Source: Lingula anatina
Lineage: Eukaryota; Animalia; Brachiopoda
Assembly (NCBI GenBank): GCA_051362555.1
Contig: CM120642.1
Span: 31,372,001-31,436,000 of the forward strand
Length of the DNA: 64,000 nucleotides
Reading direction: 5' to 3'
How positions within the stretch are numbered: the stretch's first letter is position 1; every line of letters starts with the position of its first letter. The notes beneath the pieces are model-generated. The model made no database searches. It had not been told where the DNA came from and worked only from the letters and a program-made list of their open reading frames with translations. Positions 27,601-39,198 of the stretch are shown piece by piece. Made by a program: the position numbers and the translations under genes.

Positions 27601-29495
27601 TCCCCCAACACACACATACACAACCACAAAATATTTTTTCCTACTGCAAACTTTTACAATTTCACAGACCCAATTAAAACATAAACAGGCTGAAGAAACT
27701 CAAAATAACTAGACATTGGTAGTAGGTAATAATTTTTTATATAGTGAAGAACCCATCTATTTCATGAGAAATAAGGCACAATTGTAAGTTTTAGGACATA
27801 CTACATTCTACAGAAAAAACCAAGCAGGTGAGATGAAAGAGGCAAACAAACCTCAAGTTGTTAGTGTTATACCTTAGACTAACTTCAGTAAAGAAAACAA
27901 TTCTTTCTAATTCAAAGCAAGAAGCTTAAAGGGTTAATAACTCTTCATTTTGGCCAAAAAATGAATTTTCCTGGAGTAAACAACAATTTTCCCATACTTA
28001 CCAATGGTTAATGAATCCATTTTTACATTCAAAGTTAGTCTCTGTTTTTTTTCTATAAAGTTTGGTTTTTTGTTAAAATCTCTTAGGAGATTATAACAGA
28101 GTACAGCCATCAGTGGAGGTCACGTGGTCAGAAGACAAGCTCAGATATCAGAATACTAGCTATAAATGCCATTTGTGTGGTAAAACAGAATATATTATAT
28201 TTAAATATGAGTTGTTCACAATGTCTTTATTGTGAAATATAGATATCATACAAAGAGTTATTATCCCTTTAATGAAGCCAATTAAAAGCAAACCAAACCG
28301 TTACAAAGCAAACCTAAGGAAGCTAGCAGACTTCTATTGAACATAGATTTCTGAAATTTTGCTGGTGAACATTTCAGTGGTGTAGGTAAGGGTATGTTGG
28401 CTGTGTCACCATCTGCACCTGATGAGCCACCTGAAGGTGAGACTTTGAATTAAATCTAAAATTAGAATAATCTATAAAGGAGTTTACTGGGATTGGATAA
28501 TGTAATTAGATGGATTGACAAAAAACAAGAAGCAAAGTTGCAGCTATGTCTGCGTAAGCTACATTGTTATAATAATTACTGAAACAAAGTGGTGGAGAAT
28601 TTAAGCCTACAAAGTGACTACATCAATCTATAAGAACACAGAATTTTGGTCCAAGTATACACTTTACTTCATTAAGTAACTAAAATCCATTATTTTATTA
28701 ATAAACCTAAAAAAAAACTACCTTCAACAAAGAACAAAGATTAATGCATTGAGCAGAATTTTCTTAAAAAAAGAAAGAAAGAAAGAAAGAAAAAAATACC
28801 TTGTTCATTGACATTTTGTTTTAATACATCATCAAAGTTCTGTGGAATCTTGTGGTCTGGGCTTGTCATCAGGACCTCGATCATCTCCTTCAGTGCCTCT
28901 TGGGTACTTGTGTTCAGCTTCAACGTAGACAGGATGAAACTCTGCTGATTGCTGCTGAACACCATGGCACTGTACATGACCAGCATCACTACCTAAAACC
29001 AAACAAAAAAGATCTAGACTACTGTAATAACGCAATCATTTCCATGGGGATAAATTATGAATTTTTCAGATACATACTCTAAGAGCCCCAATATCATTAT
29101 CAGTATCTTACATGCATCAACAGATGTTTAGAATATAGGAAGTCGAAGAAATTTACACTGTGTACTACAAGTACTGACATTGTACATATATCATAATCAC
29201 AGTGCCAACTACCTTACCTTACTAATTTCAAACTCATCTGCAAAGTTAACGATAGCCTTGAAGTTGACTCTCTCATCTATTTTTGTGTTGTACATCTCTG
29301 AGAGAACCATGATAAGAAAGTCCATCCTGGCAGTAACTGTGGTTAATTCCACATCTGCTGGAAACATGGCAGGAACTCTGTGGAAAAAGAAGTAAAGGAG
29401 AATAAGGCAGTGCAGAAATCCTAGTGCAGATCGGTTCTTTTTAAGATTTCAGCTAAGTTGGGGTGTCTTTGGGTGTATATGATTGTATATTTGGG

Positions 29496-29584
<89 letters not shown>

Positions 29585-30028
29585 ATGATCAGGCTTGACA
29601 CGCCAAGTAAATTTTCCATCCTCCAGTTCTTATACTTACATTTGTTCCAACATGTGGATCAGATGTGTCCCATCATTTAGTTGAATGAGAGACTCGATAC
29701 AAGGAGTGCCATCAATGGAGTTGACCTGAAACATACAAGAATTGTTTAAGATATTAACTCTGATACTTATAGTGTAGGGGTTTAAAAAATAGGATATAGT
29801 TTTACTGGATATGCGTCCAAAATTATGATTCATTCACATGTTATCAAGGAGGGTGAAATTACGAACTTCAATATAATGACCACCAGTATTTGGGTTATAA
29901 ATACAAGTACCAATGTGTGCCACTAATAGCTAGATTCTAGAATAACTGATAACCACTGACTGGTCCTGATGACAAGCCCAGATTTGACTTACCCACTCTA
30001 ACAGGGCATGGGTCCTATCTCTGTTCAT
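11519..30028 (-). CDS. NUMA1: Nuclear mitotic apparatus protein (NuMA) orthologue, about 1720 aa: N-terminal Hook/CH-like domain, long coiled coil, C-terminal tail with microtubule-binding motif and NLS
   Basis: Phase-consistent GT-AG exons (minus strand): 30028-29993, 29725-29640, 29377-29218, 28992-28800, 28430-28314 (less certain), 27504-27371, 27005-26882, 26650-26533, 26057-25952, 25654-25435, 25142-22453, 22167-22096, 21946-21878, 20472-20379, 20120-19983, 19543-19459, 19185-19049, 18835-18640, 17263-17179, 16466-16329, 15515-15384, 11551-11519 (terminal exon tentative). Motifs match human NuMA as recalled: ALLEWVNSI (ALLSWVNSL), EISKVVMLVMY (ELAKMTMLLLY), LTMQVKSLEAQLALADTQLRE (LTAQVRSLEAQVAHADQQLRD), CAEEP..DWDSLSELQRRNTLCLPHLRSAYPL (CQDEP..DWNRIAELQQRNRVCPPHLKTCYPL), RKR, and AFNIGFSP (AFSILNTP). 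Confidence 0.88.
13211..13414. mobile_element. MITE-like element in a NuMA 3' intron
   Basis: Imperfect TIRs ATTCCCAGAGCTTTTAGATCGATCTA ... TAGATCGATCTAATCTCTGGGAAT. Related AGATCGATC-containing ends also occur near 3510, 11730 and in the mucin VWC introns (about 58097-58238). Confidence 0.6.
17001..17041 (-). promoter_or_regulatory. Intronic element complementary to the acceptor and 5' end of NuMA exon 18835-18640 (downstream copy)
   Basis: Plus-strand ATTCCAGTAGGTGCTGGCAGTCTGTTTGCATGTGCAGAGGA equals the minus-strand acceptor/exon sequence at 39 of 41 positions. The regulatory role is inferred. Confidence 0.55.
21571..21622 (-). promoter_or_regulatory. Intronic element complementary to the same NuMA acceptor and exon start (upstream copy)
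   Basis: Plus-strand ACTGCCTTAATATTCCAGTTGGTGCTGGCAGTCTGCTTGTGCAGAGGAGCCA aligns with small indels to minus-strand ACTGCCTCTAATTCCAGTAGGTGCTGGCAGTCTGTTTGCGTGTGCGGAGGAGCCA. The regulatory role is inferred. Confidence 0.5.
21623..21664. repeat. (CA)n microsatellite
   Basis: Pure AC run directly abutting the upstream complementary element. Confidence 0.95.
22453..25142 (-). CDS. NUMA1: Giant 2690-nt coiled-coil exon of NuMA
   Basis: Core of the 969-aa ORF 22258-25167; acceptor ttttttccag and donor gtaaaa; E/K/Q/L-rich heptad pattern throughout. Confidence 0.93.
29498..29583. repeat. (TG)n microsatellite in a NuMA intron
   Basis: About 86-bp pure TG run. Confidence 0.97.
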
Positions 30029-30435
30029 GGTTTTAGAGCTTTATGTGATGACCAACATAACCCATGAACTGAAAATATACCAAAAACCAAAATTTAGACA
30101 TTTGATTTGTTTATAGCCGTTTGTCAGTCAAAATAATGATTACTAATGTAAGTAATAATCACATTTTACAAAACTCATCATGATCCACAACAAAATGTTA
30201 GTCTGCAGTAAGCACAAATGATCGTAGCATTCTGAACAACTTAATTAATGATTCACGGTAATCGTTACCATTAATTTTAAATACCTAGGCTTATTTTTGG
30301 GCACAAAGAGGGCATTTTTTATTTGTTTCTTAATATTTCAAAATTTTCTCTTAAGCAAAGTGACTTTAAACTATAGCAGTTGAATATATATATTTAACCA
30401 GATTTCCTACCTACCGCTATATATGTATTTTTTAC

Positions 30436-30805
30436 CTTTTAATAGTAATTTTTCCGCACGTTATAATTTCCCGTCCTTTTAAATCTTTGCGGTATGAGCC
30501 TCGTTTTCATTTCTAACGCCTGATCAAACTTTATATTTCAGATAAGATTAAATTACGATTAAATTATATACATTCTGTGTCATATATGCAAATAAAAGTT
30601 GTGGATTCTTTTTAATACTTAAAACGCCACTTTTAGTGTGTCGTAATTTATTTTAATTGGCATACCGTATGTCGTCAAGGTCAAGGCCGTTCCCATAGTA
30701 AACTGTCATGGAGGATGAAAGTATTCATTTTTAGGTCACCTGTTTGAGTGTATTGTTTTTATTGACTTCTTCAGGTATTTAAAAAGCAAACGCGTGTGTT
30801 AAGAG
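30436..30805. promoter_or_regulatory. Bidirectional promoter region with putative non-coding first exons of NUMA1 (-) and LRRC51 (+)
   Basis: Minus-strand donor AAAAG|gtaaaa at 30435 and acceptor near 30069; plus-strand donor AAGAG|gtgagt at 30806 and acceptor cgttag at 31043. The two start codons are about 1 kb apart. An X-box-like GTTCCCATAGTAAAC lies at 30689-30703. Confidence 0.6.
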
Positions 30806-31052
30806 GTGAGTTCATGCTTTTTCGTCTTTAGTTCATATTTGAATATTAGAGTGTTTACCTTTGTCGTTTTATTCCTATCTTAAAAGTTTGTTGTCGGCTT
30901 TCTCTGGACTGAATATAAATACATTTGTATTATTATATATCATACGCGATGTAAATAAGAATCTTAGGTACACATCACTGTCCTGTATTTTAACATTTGT
31001 TAAGAATATCCGCACAAAAAGTAATATTTTCCTCTTGCGTTAGGCTGGAAAC

Positions 31053-31162
31053 ATGTCGTCGCCAAGAAAGGCAGGCACAACGGATAAGAACGCAGAAATT
31101 CTTGCTCCTCTAGATTTCAGTTTTATGACTTTAACAACTTGTTCAGGTAAGTGAATGAATCC

Positions 31163-31215
<53 letters not shown>

Positions 31216-32850
31216 CCGTGAAAAACAGGTGTGCAGATTAAAGTTATCATTACTTAAACAATTAACAGGGCAGAATCAAAAACTATTTTGAATATTTTGA
31301 GATTATTAAGAGTTTTTCATTTTAAAAGATTATTTGTTTGAACAAAATGTTGCATTTAGAAATTTCAGAATTTAAGTCAGTAGGTCCAGTTATAACACGA
31401 CAATGAAAAGGACATTTTCCATGTACAATTAAATACACTCTTTACTTGTCACTAATAGTCTGATTAAGATAACCATGTTTTGGGTCATTTTAGATGTTTT
31501 AGGTGAAGAGCCAAGGTTACAGTCTCCAAGGAAAAGCAAACCAAAGAAGTCAGAGTCCGGGAAATACTTGTCTCACTGCCTTAGACTTAACAACAATAAC
31601 ATAGCAGACTTTGAAACACTGGAAGCCACTTTAGAAAAACTGGTAGATGATCCATTAGAGTTACAGTGGCTAGATTTGTCTTTTAATGAGCTTACCAAGC
31701 TTGACCCTGTGAGTAAATATAACTTTTGGTTGTGTGTAACATTGCCTTGAATGATAAGGTGATCTTTTTTTTATATTTTATAGAGTCAAGGAACCGAAAG
31801 CTTTCAAAAGAAAATGTATAATGATTTGGACATGCCTCATGATTTATGTTATCATTTTTTTTAATTGCATATTCTGTAGTTTAAACCTTTAAGAACATTA
31901 GCAATATACAGGTCTGCCATGACCACTGTTTGCCTCTTAGGAAAATTAGTTGCTGGACCGAAAGTTCAGCCATCTTGAAAAGTAGCTGGCTCAAATGCCT
32001 GCCAGGTGGGAAAACTTCTCAGTCCGTTCTGAAAGTTGTCAGCCCCGGGCAGACGGTCCAGCGTTAATTTCTAACACTGGCATGACTTTAAAATATTTGC
32101 AGTCTCACTTGTCCTCATCAAAATATTCATTATACTCAGTACAAGTTCTGTTCTGTGTCTTTGAAAACCACGTAGGTTTTAGGAAAATACCCCAATCTGC
32201 AGATCCTGTATTTACATGGCAATGGCATAGCAGACTTGAAGGAGGTGGACAACCTGGCCACATGTAGAAGTCTCAGGAAACTTACACTGCATGGGAATCC
32301 TATTGAGAATATCAAAGTAAGTACAAGTCAACTAAACACATTTGTAAGTCCAGTATTAGATAAATTAGTTTAATTTATGTAAAATATAGCTGGATGATTG
32401 ACATACAAAGTATTACCCATACCGCTGTTTTAGCTATCCCGAAGCACTTTCCATGTATGGAGGTCTTGAGAGAAGTATAATTGTAACAGTTAAATGCACA
32501 TTTGGAAGTAAAAAATACTCAGCCTGAAGTATTTATTGATCACATTATGCAGTACATATCACCTGCTTTATAAGTTCAGTGCTGTTTCATACATGTATAT
32601 CATATTTCATCAACGTGACACGTCTAATACAATGAAGACGAACAAATGCTGTCTAGAGAGTGCTGTATTTAGTCCTTTTTGCAATGCTTACTTTCAGGGT
32701 TACAGAAGTCATGTTTTATCCAAGCTTCCAAACCTTGCTGACTTTGACTTCAGCCGCATTACTAAAGCTGACCGAGCCACGGCAGACACGTACAGTAAGC
32801 TGTATGGCTTGAACAAAAAGACCAAGAAAAAGAAAGAAGCAGAGGACTAG
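31053..32850 (+). CDS. LRRC51: Leucine-rich repeat-containing protein 51 (200 aa)
   Basis: Exons 31053-31146, 31494-31708, 32176-32316, 32698-32850 (603 nt, in frame). Motifs PLDFSF..EEPR..SGK..LNNN..WLDLSFNEL..DPVL..LYLHGN..LTLHGNPIE..GYR..FDFSRITKADR match human LRRC51 as recalled. AATAAA at 33670. Confidence 0.93.
31164..31211. repeat. (AG)n microsatellite in an LRRC51 intron
   Basis: Nearly pure AG run. Confidence 0.95.
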
Positions 32851-35287
32851 CTGTCAGTGGCAGTTTTGATCTGCTTGTGATTGACTATTGTACGAGATAT
32901 TGGTGTTTACATAACGGTCATGTTAACTTGGCTTCCCAGGTTATTCCACACTGGATCTCATTTTTTTTTTTTGTTAGGCAAGCATTCCTCATGAGTCACC
33001 ACCACCAGAAAATTGAAAAAAAGTTTAGGGTGAGGAATTATCAAATATGCCAAAAACTTAATTAACAAACAAAGTTAAAAAAAACTGTTCATACATACAC
33101 CCTTGAAAAATGTTATAAAATGCTGGCCGATCTATCTGAAAACTAGAAGATATTTTAAAATTGTATGTGTATACAGGTGGTAGAAACAAAAGAAGTAAAC
33201 CAATCTCTGCTTGGAAGCATGGATCTTTTCCCTGGGGTAGGTCTTATTAATGAAATATGTAACTGGGGAAATTATAAGAATTTTAAGTAAACATTGCCAT
33301 TTAGATATGAGAAAGTTGATAAAAAAATTTGAAATGTATTTTCATCATTTTCCTGGCTATCCCTGTTTCTTTAAGTTTGTGGTTAAGACTCTTGTGAAGT
33401 ACACCTTTTTATTGCAAACAACATGAGATGGATTTTGCTCTCTGAAATTTGATAACAACACTTTAATGTTTGATGGAGAAGTGTAGCTCATTTTTTAATG
33501 TGCAAGTATGTAACTTGTAAATATTTTGTTAGTTCAGGGTACAAACAGACATGTATAATGTACATTTTTAAATGTGAAATAGCCCTAGCCTGTTGTTTAT
33601 GATTTATGATTACATGTCTTTTCTGTACATGTAGAACTCTTGTTACTATTAAGGTTTTAGAATACTTTTAATAAAGTCAGAAGAACATAATTTGTCTTTA
33701 TACGTATATATTTATATTTCCTCTTTTACAGTGAAAGTGCACACTGTACTCAGATGGCCCTTGCCAGAGGGTTTTTTAATATACATCATTTTGTTTTGGA
33801 AAAGCCCCCACAACCGACATATGGTGCATGAATCATGTGTCATATATTGTCCTTCTGGGATTAAGTGTATGTTATTCTATATAACATAGAGATGTTAGCA
33901 ATGATAACACTTTGACACTCTTCATGTTATCCCACGTGTACCGTTGTGTTTGCAGACAGCAACAATCGACTCGTATGTATTTTTGAGGATTTTGATACGT
34001 GGTCCGCACGCTATTTATTACTTTTAAATTTAGCTATAACAAAAATTTTTGCTCTATCCTAGATAAATATCTAAGTATACAGATTTATCTTTTAAATGCT
34101 GTAATCATGTTGGCATTCATTTTAACTCAAATTCGAAAAAATGTTTGAAGAAAATTAAGTGGCGTTACCATTTCTGCGACATGGGATTATACCGTATATA
34201 TTTCTGAAAATTTTACATCAGAAGAAATGAGTAAATATAAATATTATAGTACGTGAAAAGAGGGGGGCCGCGTGTTGTGCACGTGGGCGTTTGTCACCCC
34301 GTCAGGACGGCGACGGCAATTTCCCCCCGCCAGCATTCACAAATCGCCTTAAGCGATTACTGAAGGAAATTATGATTGTCTCATTATTGGATTTTTTTCT
34401 GAGCTCAAGTGTAACTGCAGTTATTATTACTTTATATTGGGCCAAGGACCGAATCCAAAAGGGGTTGGGCAAATAATGGTCATTTCACTTCTCAAAGCAT
34501 CATCTTGGGAATCCCCAGAATTTGCCTTGTGTAAAGGCATTTTGCACGCATTTGAGAATGTCCCAGTGTCATATTTGTTACGCCTCAGTATCTTGCAAAA
34601 AATCTCTCTCCCAATTCAGACCTTATAAACAATAAAACTCCTCAGAAAAGTATCCGATGTCCATATTTCCCTCTGCAGTGCCAGAAAACCTATGATGGTT
34701 TTAAAGAATCGTGATTCGTTTTACTAAAAAGACATGCCTTTCCCAATAAACAATATCATGGATCTTTCCGTGTTATTGTCAATCCTATCCGCTCTGTATC
34801 AATACGTCATGACAGAGAGGTAATCTATGTAACCCACAGGCCTACAATATAAAACTTTGCGCCTCACGTGTAAGTGACGCATATATGGCTCCTAGCTAGG
34901 TGTAAAGTCAACTGATCAAGCGGTCAGCATATGCATGTCCACGAGGCTCTAATAAAGACATGATTTACGGTCTCATTTACAAAATGGAAAATGTACTTCA
35001 TTTACATGTACATAGTAAAATATTGGATTTAAAAATAAAATGATTTCCATACTCTTTCGTTGGAACACTTTTTCAAGTCTTATTTTCGTGCCTGTCTTGT
35101 TTTTAACTATTTGAACAAGACGGTTTCTAATGTCCGTAAAAATAAATCATCGCAGAGCATAAGGTGATTTACGGTGTGATGAAGAGATATAATACCCTTT
35201 CACACATACATATTTGACACTCCCGGACATTCAAATCGAGAGAGAGGGAGGCACACTAGTATAGGCAAAGTGTTAAAGTTTGCTAAG

Positions 35288-38204
35288 ATGCAAAAGACGA
35301 GCCGTTATCTTTTTCTCTGCGCCTTGATTGTAAACATTGATCAGTTGGTCAGTGTTAGAAATCCGAGGTCAACTTTGAGGTTCACTTTTACAAAAAATGA
35401 TGAGAAGCCTAAAGGCCCCGTGGTAGTGACAACAGAGGGGTCTGTACAGGGGATATACCGCGGTGCGTCCAAGGTATTCTACGGCATCCCCTTTGCCGAG
35501 CCTCCTGTGGGAAATTTAAGGTGAAACAGGCGTTCAGTTCATTGTATGTTCAGAATGATGAGAATTTCAAAACCTAATTTTGTGTACTACTTTCTTCTTC
35601 ATTGGTCACGTACGCAGAAAACAAATGTACCTTAAAACATGTATGAACAAAAGCTTGAATACAATACATTGGAGTAGTTATTTTAGAGACGATAAAGGAA
35701 TTTAAGCTGATAGGATAAAGTTTAAACGCATATCTGCTTAACTTGACTCGACTTTCAGACATCACTGATAATTTTTATCATTTATTATGTAGACACATAA
35801 ATGGCATGGTAGGATATTAAAAAACTTCATCAAGTAAATTTCAAAATATGTTTCGTCTGTTTTGTGAATTAAAAAGATGGCGCCCTCCACAATTCAAATC
35901 ATCTTGGCATGCATCAGGGAAAACGCTGCTTGCTGATGTCGTACCCCCCGCGTGTCCACAGACGTCTTGTGTGTGGCACAGTCCGCCGTTTATCTGCGTC
36001 AATAAGGTAGAACAACTTATGCATTATTTATTTCTGTCCATTAAAAATCTAATTTTATTCTTATTACTGGGCAAGGGTATGTCATTCTGCCATTGGGAGA
36101 TGAAATTTTGGACGGATTCAGTAGGTTGATCATAGAACTTTTGATCGAGTTTGCCACTCCTTTAGAAAAGTTGAACAACTATGCATCGTTTTTGCACATG
36201 GACTTCTAGAGTGTATCTGAATCTCATCTTAATTTTGTTATTTCTAAACAATGGGAATATGTGTCACTTTCTGTTTTTGCGTTGTGTTTATTCATCATCA
36301 TACCGCAAACCTATTTTTAAGGCCTCTATGCCCCAACTAAACATTTTAATTTAAAAATATTTATAGTTTGTTTTTAAATCTTTTTAACAAAATTTTTTTT
36401 TCAACATTTCAGACATCAGAGGACTGCCTTACTCTCAACATATTCACGCCCAGTGGAGCATCATACTTCTCCAATCTCCCAGTAATGTTTTTCATTCACG
36501 GCGGGCAGTTTACGACAATGAGCGGTGGCTCCCCCTTATGGAACGGCGAGACACTAGCCAGCATGGAAAACGTTGTGGTGGTCACCATCAATTATAGATT
36601 AGGCAACTAGTTTTCATTATTTTCAATTTATTTATTTATTTTCGATTCTATACGCAAGTTCGCCGAGATAATTTCAGTTTTTCATAAAATTTCATTTAAA
36701 ATAATTTACTTATGAAAAAATATTGTATACGTTAGAGGCACGGTCTGTTCGTTAAAAAAACTTCCTGGAATAAAAAGCGATGTGTAGAATGATACAAAAG
36801 CTATCATCATGTATCTGTTCTCACATGAAGGAGCCCTGGGGTTTCTGTTCGCTGATGAGGGATCCGACGCACCCCAAGGCAACTACGGAGTGATGGACCA
36901 GCGTTTCGCTTTGGCATGGATCCAAAGGAACATCAGAAATTTTGGCGGTAACCCTGATGAGGTTGGTGTTCCCAGATGTCATGCACCTCTTGAATGATGT
37001 AAAACAAAATAGATTTACTAATATAGGCCTATGAGTTACAAAGTCACATTGATTAGCATTTGAAATATTTACGATTCGATTTACATAAACCAGATGGTCA
37101 TTACCTATTTGAAATATTAACTAAGGCTTTCTGTTTTCTTTTGAAAACCAATCACACACACAGGTAACAATATTTGGCCAAAGTGCCGGAGCCCAATCCG
37201 TGGCTCTTCACATGACATCTGCCAAGAGCTCCTCTTTGTTCCGACGCGCCATTGTGGAGAGTTCCCCGTTTGCTATCCACTTCAAGTCCCATTCTGAAGC
37301 GAAGCGTTTAGGCAAGTACTTGATTCAAGCGCTTGGTTGTCAACATGACGTCGTAAACTGTCTTCGGAACGCTTCTGCTGACGCGCTCGTGACCGCCGAA
37401 AATGTCGTCTCGGTGAAGGTAGCGTCGCTCCAAGTTCTAGAATTTTTTGAGCAGTGGGGACCCTTCATAGATGGCGTGGAAGTGAAGGACCAACCGCTTG
37501 ACGCCTTTATGTCCGGGAACTTTCAACGCAAACCCATCATGATGGGCATTACAACGCAAGAGGCTCAGTCATTTGTATATGCCGGGTTTCTACACAACGT
37601 AAGCGAGACTGAATATCGAGCAATATTACTAGCTACTTTCCCAGTTCACATAAGGTCTGTACTTTCTACGTACCCTATTGTAAGTTCAGGAGACCAACGC
37701 CCTGCGTTTGTCAATATCTCTACAGATTATGCATTCATCTGCCCAACAAGAGCTGCCGCGAAAGCCATTGCAAGAAGATCGTTTTTATTCCCATATATAT
37801 GGATGTACGTCTTTAATCAAACCGTCGCACCTAGATTCTGGTCCAACATCACGTACTGTTACGGCCATGTGTGCCATGGTTCGGAACTTCCTTTTGTGTT
37901 TAATCCAGGTAATAATAAGGGCTTTGAATTATCAAAAGAGGAACAAAAACTCTCCCATGCTATGCAAAAGTACTGGGCTAATTTCGCAAGGACGGGCAAT
38001 CCCAACACTCTGTACCCGGCCGGCGCCAATCCAAGACAAGGGTTCAACGATGGAGTCACCAGAATGAAATTTTATGACAAATATTGGCCGCCTTTTCATT
38101 CCCAGACGAACTTCAGCGTCCTGGAGTTCAAAGCTCCAATGGGTTCTGTAATGTATGACTTTAAAACGAAGTTGTGTGACTTTTGGGATGGTATTGGATA
38201 TTGA
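35288..38204 (+). CDS. Secreted type-B carboxylesterase/cholinesterase-like (crystal protein/D2-like), paralog A, 574 aa
   Basis: Exons 35288-35520, 35877-36006, 36413-36602 (GC donor), 36831-36961, 37164-38204. Motifs [65 protein letters not shown] (nucleophile), GITTQE (acid), CHGSEL (His), YWANFARTGNPN. Hydrophobic N-terminus. Confidence 0.93.
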
Positions 38205-38783
38205 AAATGACTAAAAAATTGACATTTTAAGCGATTATATGGCATCAATAACACCGAAAGATAGTGTCAGTAGGCTTTAATTATGATACTCAGAATATAA
38301 TAGATAATAAAATAATGTTTTAATAAATGTAAAACTGCGTTTTATGTCTTTTAAGTCTTTGTCATAGCACACTGTCCGTACAAAGACCTGTTGCCAGAAA
38401 TTTCCAAGGATATCCTTTTTTCTTTTTTCTTTTTTTTTTTTTACACCCATAGGCTATTTCCTAAAAAAAAACGACATAGCACCTTGATCAAATTTTGATT
38501 CAAAAGGGGCTTTTTTTCTGACCAAATGTGTGATTAAAAATAAACCTTCCGTGAACCTTTCTTGCCTGACAACACCTTTTAGTCTCTTATCTCTAAACCC
38601 CCCACGTTGGTGATCGTGTGATGTTTGTGTTATTAGAAATCACGTCAACCAGAAGACGACAATGTAGATTATAGGTCAGAGATAAAGTTCCCTGCCATCA
38701 GTCGATGTCGTAACCAGGTGAATGAACTGTGAGGTTCAAAGATGCACAATCGGTAAATGTGCTATATATTGTTACATGAAACA

Positions 38784-38831
<48 letters not shown>

Positions 38832-38877
38832 GTCAACAGCAGCTCGATCTTGTAGGTGCTAGATATGTATTGATATG

Positions 38878-38938
<61 letters not shown>
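38784..38938. repeat. (TTA)n and (TAA)n microsatellites in inverted orientation
   Basis: TTA run 38784-38831, spacer of about 48 bp, TAA run 38880-38938. Confidence 0.9.
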
Positions 38939-39198
38939 TATTGATGACTTCCGGAATTTGCAATCAAGTTGAAAATTTGGAGTATCATAAATGTCAATGA
39001 TAGAACTAAAATGTCAACTTTGGCCTATTGTTCGACAAAGTTATATCACGCTGTACTGTATCTTCCGTGCCCAGCGTGTAAATAGAGTCAACTCGTAAGA
39101 GTTGAAGTCCACTGTCTAAACGTTGGATGGAACAGGGACAGACGTCTGTCCTGGGATGGAATTTGTAGCATAGGAAGATCATCCTGCGCTGTCTCAAT

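Noticed and set aside
28002-28082. Possible additional phase-1 NuMA exon with a strong gtaagt donor
   Set aside because: Weak acceptor, homopolymer-rich and no recognisable homology; left out of the model.
29483-29680. Cys-Val repeat ORF
   Set aside because: Translation of a (TG)n microsatellite.
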